From assembly GCA_964350945.1 (NCBI GenBank), contig CAYGLF010000009.1, positions 1 through 59,660 of the forward strand: a DNA stretch of 59,660 nt, in the 5' to 3' direction. The stretch is from an uncultured bacterium. Its GTDB lineage: Bacteria > Chlamydiota > Chlamydiia > Chlamydiales > JAAZZY01. The number at the start of each line of letters is the position of its first letter. Position 1 is the first letter of the stretch. Positions 56,137 to 59,660 of this stretch are shown here, piece after piece. The notes under the pieces were generated by a model, which was not told where the DNA came from, did no database searches, and saw only the letters and a program-made list of their open reading frames with translations. The translations under genes and the position numbers were made by a program.

Positions 56137-58767
56137 TTATTTAATTACTGGCAAGAAAGGCGTGATCTGCGTCTTTCTTGAGTTTAAGGTGCCTGCGTCA
56201 AATGATAAGATGACTATAGGCGCCTGTTTTTTTGTCTTAATTCGATCTACTTGAGGGATGTCTTTGAAGTGATGCTTGAAGATATTTTCATAAAACTCTG
56301 CGCCTTTCCCAAGGATTTGATATTGGAATTGAATGGAGCTGACTTTGGGAGAGTTTCTAAATGCATTTAGGAAGCTCGAGAGTCGGTTGATTGCTTGAGC
56401 TGTTTGTGGAATCCAAATCCATAAAGCATCTTGATGTTTGTGATTAGGGGGAGCTGCTTGATAGACCTCTTCTGCACTAGGGATGGTGCTAATCATGTGC
56501 ATGTGCAGGTCTACTTGAGGATTCGCTTCACTACTTTTTTTAGCCTGCTGCCACCATTGGTGGAGCAATAAACCATATTTTTTTTCAAGGTAAGGAGCGC
56601 TGTGAGAAAATATTTTGGTCTGCCCAATATGAGCACAGCCATTTTGCTCTTTGGTGTCGGCAAATAGTTCTTGAGATTTTCCCAAAGCTGTTTGGTCAAT
56701 CGCTTCTTTAATTTGGATCTCTCTTTTCTCAAATATGGTCTTATAGATCGAATACATATCAGGGTTTTGTACAATCTGTAAAACTGCTTTTTTGACGAAA
56801 TCTGTATCGTGGGGGATTGAATCAAAAGAGAGAGTTTCTAATTCCTCTTGGGAAGCGATGGACTTGATGCGGTTTAGCAGTTGAGCAGTACACAAAACGT
56901 CTCTTTTGGTAGCTTTTGAGAAAAGGTCTGTGTCATCAATAATGGCATGAAGGAAAGATAAGTACTCTAAATATTCTCTTTGAGGGTGAACGAAGTAAGT
57001 GGAGGATTGCTTGTGGGCTAAAGCTCTTGTGAGTAGCCGGTTTTTAATGCGAGCTGCAGAAGGGGTTATAGAGTCTCCAAATGGCCTCTTTACTTGTTTG
57101 TCCAACTCTTTTTTCTCTAGGTTGCCTGCGCTGTAGAGATCGTTAATTATAAAAGACTGTTCAGCAACTAAGACATTACAAGACTGTACATCACCTATAA
57201 TTGCAAATGGAGGTGATGTGGTTTTAAAGTCTGCTTTGTGGTGATCCATAACACTAATAATTTCTAAACTAGCATCTATTTGAACTTCTCTGCGATTGCA
57301 AAAGTCTCTTAGAGAGACCGTTCCCAGACGTTTACCTTGGATATCTTTTGCTCTAATAATTCCAAGAGGAGAGAGAGAACCATCGGCGTTGGGCTGAACA
57401 ATCGCTAGGTAGTTAAAGGTTCCCATTCGGTCACTGACTTCATCAAGTGTAGATTCTGGGGTGACATAGCGAGGAGGAAATCCAAAGACCTGACGTTTGA
57501 TACGAATCGCCATTTCCAGGCTTTCCATATAGGCAGATAGCTCACAAGTAGCTAGGTGGATCGCATTGGAGATTTTGTGAAAAACTTTGAAAATTTGTGA
57601 CCGCGGGCCAATGAGCTTTCCTTGTTTGTCAAAAAGAGTACTCTTGAAAAATGTGGTGCTTAGGTCTTTTTCTAGGTCGTTTATTTTGTTTATTCTGAGT
57701 TTTTTAAGAGTTTTTGCGAAGGTGCTGACTGAAGCGTGGGCTTCATCTTTTAATCCCAATATTTTGCAAAGGGTCATAGAGAAGTCCTTTTGCAATTTAT
57801 GTGAGAGCAATTTTTCATTAATAAGGTTTTTTAAAGGTTGCTCAAATGCATGATGGATGACCTTTAGAATTTGTTTTTTAGTCACAAGCTCTTTCGAAAA
57901 AAGGTCAAAAAGTTGTGTTTGAAGAGAGTTTCCAAACCACTTGAGTAGGTTGGTCACCAGTCTTATTATTTGGCGAATACTCTCATGGTCTTCACTACGC
58001 AAATCACCTACGTAGTGGCCTTGATGGTCAATCACCATGATAGCGTATTTGTGTCTTTCATGGTCTTCTGTAGAGATGATTGAATCATTTAAGTTTTTTT
58101 TAATCAGTCTGCTTTGAGTGGCAAAATCAAGTGCTGTAGGAGAGAGGGTTGATTGATTTTGACATAGGAACTCAAAGAGTTTTCCGCCAAGTAAATCAGT
58201 TAAAGGGGCTGCTTTTTTAGAAGGATAGATACCTCCAGGTGGCATGTTCCAGAAATGAAGGCTTTGGCTGATCCTGGCTCCAAATGCATCCACCCAGCCC
58301 CAGAAAGAGGCGATAGCAGTATCAAGGTCGGGAGAGCCATGTGCACTTACGGTATGACTGCCGGGGCAAGTTGTTTGTAGGCCCAATGGGAAAAGATGTT
58401 GGTAGTCCTCTCTAGGAATGTTTTTGCCAACAATCTTGGCGCGAACCAGGTAGTTCTCCTGTTTATTTAAGCCTGAGAATTGGTTGAGCCAGAATTCAAA
58501 GTCGGAAAAAGAGTAGGTTTCATTGCCCATGCACTCGTTTGTTTTTTCAATAAAATCAAGGGTTGCTGGGAGCAAAAAGCAAGGGGTGTGTACCGCGTCA
58601 ATCAGTTCAAGTAAAAGGGCGCTGATTTGTGCTACACGCTCAATGAGAGGAAGTTTTTTAAAAGAGGGTTTTTGTAGGGGGGAGAGCTTTTGAGAAAGCG
58701 ATTTGAAGGTTTCGAATTTGGAGCAGAATTGATTGGGAACATATTGCTTTGTTCGCTTTTTATTCAT
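56137..58767 (-). CDS. Large (876 aa) protein with DHH-family phosphoesterase motifs
   Basis: DHH motif I-like VSAHGSPDLDTAIAS (residues about 141-155) and DHx at about 247 (IMVIDHQGH). A second set follows with PNADGS and a canonical DHH (ISVMDHHKA) near residue 510. There is a long C-terminal region with no match. Confidence 0.5.
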   Translation of the reverse strand: MNKKRTKQYVPNQFCSKFETFKSLSQKLSPLQKPSFKKLPLIERVAQISALLLELIDAVHTPCFLLPATLDFIEKTNECMGNETYSFSDFEFWLNQFSGLNKQENYLVRAKIVGKNIPREDYQHLFPLGLQTTCPGSHTVSAHGSPDLDTAIASFWGWVDAFGARISQSLHFWNMPPGGIYPSKKAAPLTDLLGGKLFEFLCQNQSTLSPTALDFATQSRLIKKNLNDSIISTEDHERHKYAIMVIDHQGHYVGDLRSEDHESIRQIIRLVTNLLKWFGNSLQTQLFDLFSKELVTKKQILKVIHHAFEQPLKNLINEKLLSHKLQKDFSMTLCKILGLKDEAHASVSTFAKTLKKLRINKINDLEKDLSTTFFKSTLFDKQGKLIGPRSQIFKVFHKISNAIHLATCELSAYMESLEMAIRIKRQVFGFPPRYVTPESTLDEVSDRMGTFNYLAIVQPNADGSLSPLGIIRAKDIQGKRLGTVSLRDFCNRREVQIDASLEIISVMDHHKADFKTTSPPFAIIGDVQSCNVLVAEQSFIINDLYSAGNLEKKELDKQVKRPFGDSITPSAARIKNRLLTRALAHKQSSTYFVHPQREYLEYLSFLHAIIDDTDLFSKATKRDVLCTAQLLNRIKSIASQEELETLSFDSIPHDTDFVKKAVLQIVQNPDMYSIYKTIFEKREIQIKEAIDQTALGKSQELFADTKEQNGCAHIGQTKIFSHSAPYLEKKYGLLLHQWWQQAKKSSEANPQVDLHMHMISTIPSAEEVYQAAPPNHKHQDALWIWIPQTAQAINRLSSFLNAFRNSPKVSSIQFQYQILGKGAEFYENIFKHHFKDIPQVDRIKTKKQAPIVILSFDAGTLNSRKTQITPFLPVIK

Positions 58768-58793
58768 GGGTGGCCTTTTTCGAAAAAAATGAT

Positions 58794-58867
58794 CGGACTG
58801 AGTAGGACTCGAACCTACGACCGTCCGCTTAGAAGGCGGATGCTCTATCCAGCTGAGCTATCAGTCC
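58794..58867 (-). tRNA. tRNA-Arg (anticodon TCT)
   Basis: Reverse complement GGACTGATAGCTCAGCTGGATAGAGCATCCGCCTTCTAAGCGGACGGTCGTAGGTTCGAGTCCTACTCAGTCCG. Acceptor stem GGACTGA/TCAGTCC, anticodon loop CTTCTAA, T-arm GGTTCGAGTCC. Confidence 0.85.
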
Positions 58868-58964
58868 CAAATAGCGAATTCTAAAGTGTTTTGCTGGTTT
58901 TTTTCAAGCTATTTTACTAAATTAGTGGGAAGTTACAGTAGAGATTATTTATCAAGGCAAATGG

Positions 58965-59462
58965 ATGGTAAAAGTTTTTTTGGGGATGGGGAGTAATCTT
59001 GGGGTTCCAAGAGAAAATGTGCTGAAAGCTTTTGCACTGATCCAGAAGCTTACGTTCGTTTTTGATGCAAAGTTAAGTTCTCTCTACCAAACATCTCCAA
59101 TATCAGATATCCCTCAAGAAGACTATATGAATGCGGTTTGTTTTTTTGAAACAAAGTGCACCGACCCCTTTTATGTATTAGATTCACTGCAAGATATTGA
59201 ACGTCTCATTGGTAAAAAAGAAAAAGCCAAAAATGCTCCAAGGATTATTGATATAGATCTCTTAATTTTTGAGGGACACTATATTCAAAGTGATCGTCTT
59301 GAGCTCCCACATCCTAGAATGCTTCAGAGGTTATTTGTTTTAAAACCTCTTTTAGAGCTGGTTGGTGAACAAGAAATTTGGGGATTTTCAGTTGCAGATT
59401 GTAAGAAGCTTGTCGACAACGGTACTTCATTTGAAAAACAGATTGTTATAAAAGATTCATAA
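58965..59462 (+). CDS. folK: 2-amino-4-hydroxy-6-hydroxymethyldihydropteridine pyrophosphokinase (HPPK)
   Basis: FLGMGSNLG N-terminal motif and the RIIDIDLL...LELPHPRM..R.FVLKPL C-terminal signature. Confidence 0.85.
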   Translation: MVKVFLGMGSNLGVPRENVLKAFALIQKLTFVFDAKLSSLYQTSPISDIPQEDYMNAVCFFETKCTDPFYVLDSLQDIERLIGKKEKAKNAPRIIDIDLLIFEGHYIQSDRLELPHPRMLQRLFVLKPLLELVGEQEIWGFSVADCKKLVDNGTSFEKQIVIKDS

Positions 59463-59509
59463 TGTCATAAAATGAGCTCATTTTTTTACTTCGGTGTGCG
59501 GGGGATGAG

Positions 59510-59660
59510 ATGAAGTTAGAGCCTTTTATAAAAAGATTTAAACTTCTTTTTGGTTTTTTGCTTCTTTGCATTTTACAACCCTTAGGGGCATTGTCATCCA
59601 CGGCGGATTCGAAAGCTTGTTTTGCAGCGTCTTCTCAAAAATCAACAACCTCTACAGATA
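59510..59660 (+). CDS. Partial CDS (5' end), signal-peptide protein, truncated by window edge
   Basis: ATG at 59510 gives MKLEPFIKRFKLLFGFLLLCILQPLGALSS.... This is a typical signal peptide. The frame stays open to the window end. Confidence 0.3.
   Translation, partial: MKLEPFIKRFKLLFGFLLLCILQPLGALSSTADSKACFAASSQKSTTSTD

Noticed and set aside
58690-58884. 64-aa + strand ORF
   Set aside because: Overlaps the tRNA-Arg(TCT) gene and the 5' end of the 876-aa gene, so it is spurious.
59469-59488. AAATGAGCTCATTTTTTT palindrome after folK as a terminator
   Set aside because: The stem is only 5 AU-rich pairs around a 4-nt loop, too weak to call confidently, although the T7 run follows. It might still act as a weak terminator.
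1-59660. Searched for CRISPR arrays, rRNA genes, IS/transposase/integrase genes, prophage or toxin-antitoxin modules
   Set aside because: No short regularly spaced direct repeats, no rRNA-like conserved stretches, and no transposase/integrase/recombinase-like ORFs were seen. The window looks like stable chromosomal backbone with a few lineage-specific inserts.

Overview
This 59.7-kb window (about 38-40% GC) looks like chromosome from a member of the phylum Chlamydiae, most likely an 'environmental' lineage (Parachlamydiaceae-like). The identification rests on gene content and gene order, not on a database search.

Three blocks keep the gene order known from Chlamydia trachomatis:
- ytgA-ytgB-ytgC/R-ytgD, then dxr and rseP (the CT067-CT072 order).
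- sdhCAB, a hypothetical gene, tatD, then tolQ-tolR-tolA-like-tolB-pal (the CT591-CT600 order).
- clpX-clpP-tig-tRNA, then SNF2 helicase-mreB-pckG (the CT705-CT710 order).

Other hallmarks are an NTT-type ATP/ADP translocase, a KDO8P synthase (kdsA) next to lptB, ndk and folK. Genes absent from Chlamydiaceae but present here point to an environmental chlamydia: glutamate racemase (murI) fused onto the end of the Tol-Pal cluster, a flotillin/NfeD pair, tandem DMT transporters and a GT-C glycosyltransferase. I found two tRNAs (Gly-GCC and Arg-TCT, both on the minus strand) and no rRNA, CRISPR array or mobile element.

The most interesting content is a set of lineage-specific proteins with eukaryote-like or effector-like signatures:
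- A protein with a SET domain and ankyrin-like repeats (8519..10285).
- A protein carrying a Ulp1/CE-clan-like His-Asp-Gln-Cys motif pattern (32958..34367).
- A protein with an Inc-like bilobed hydrophobic segment plus a caspase-like (clan CD) His/Cys dyad (23382..25133).
- A small protein with an NLS-like basic cluster, sitting in an AT-rich island (20851..21345).
- An 876-aa protein with DHH-phosphoesterase motifs (56137..58767).

Other notable features are the YtgC-YtgR permease-repressor fusion, a trigger factor with a histone-H1-like Lys/Ala-rich N-terminal tail, and a Tol-Pal-LysM-MurI operon. A 740-bp gene-free convergent spacer contains a GC-rich structured island. All functional calls are from motif recognition by eye; none was confirmed by a search.
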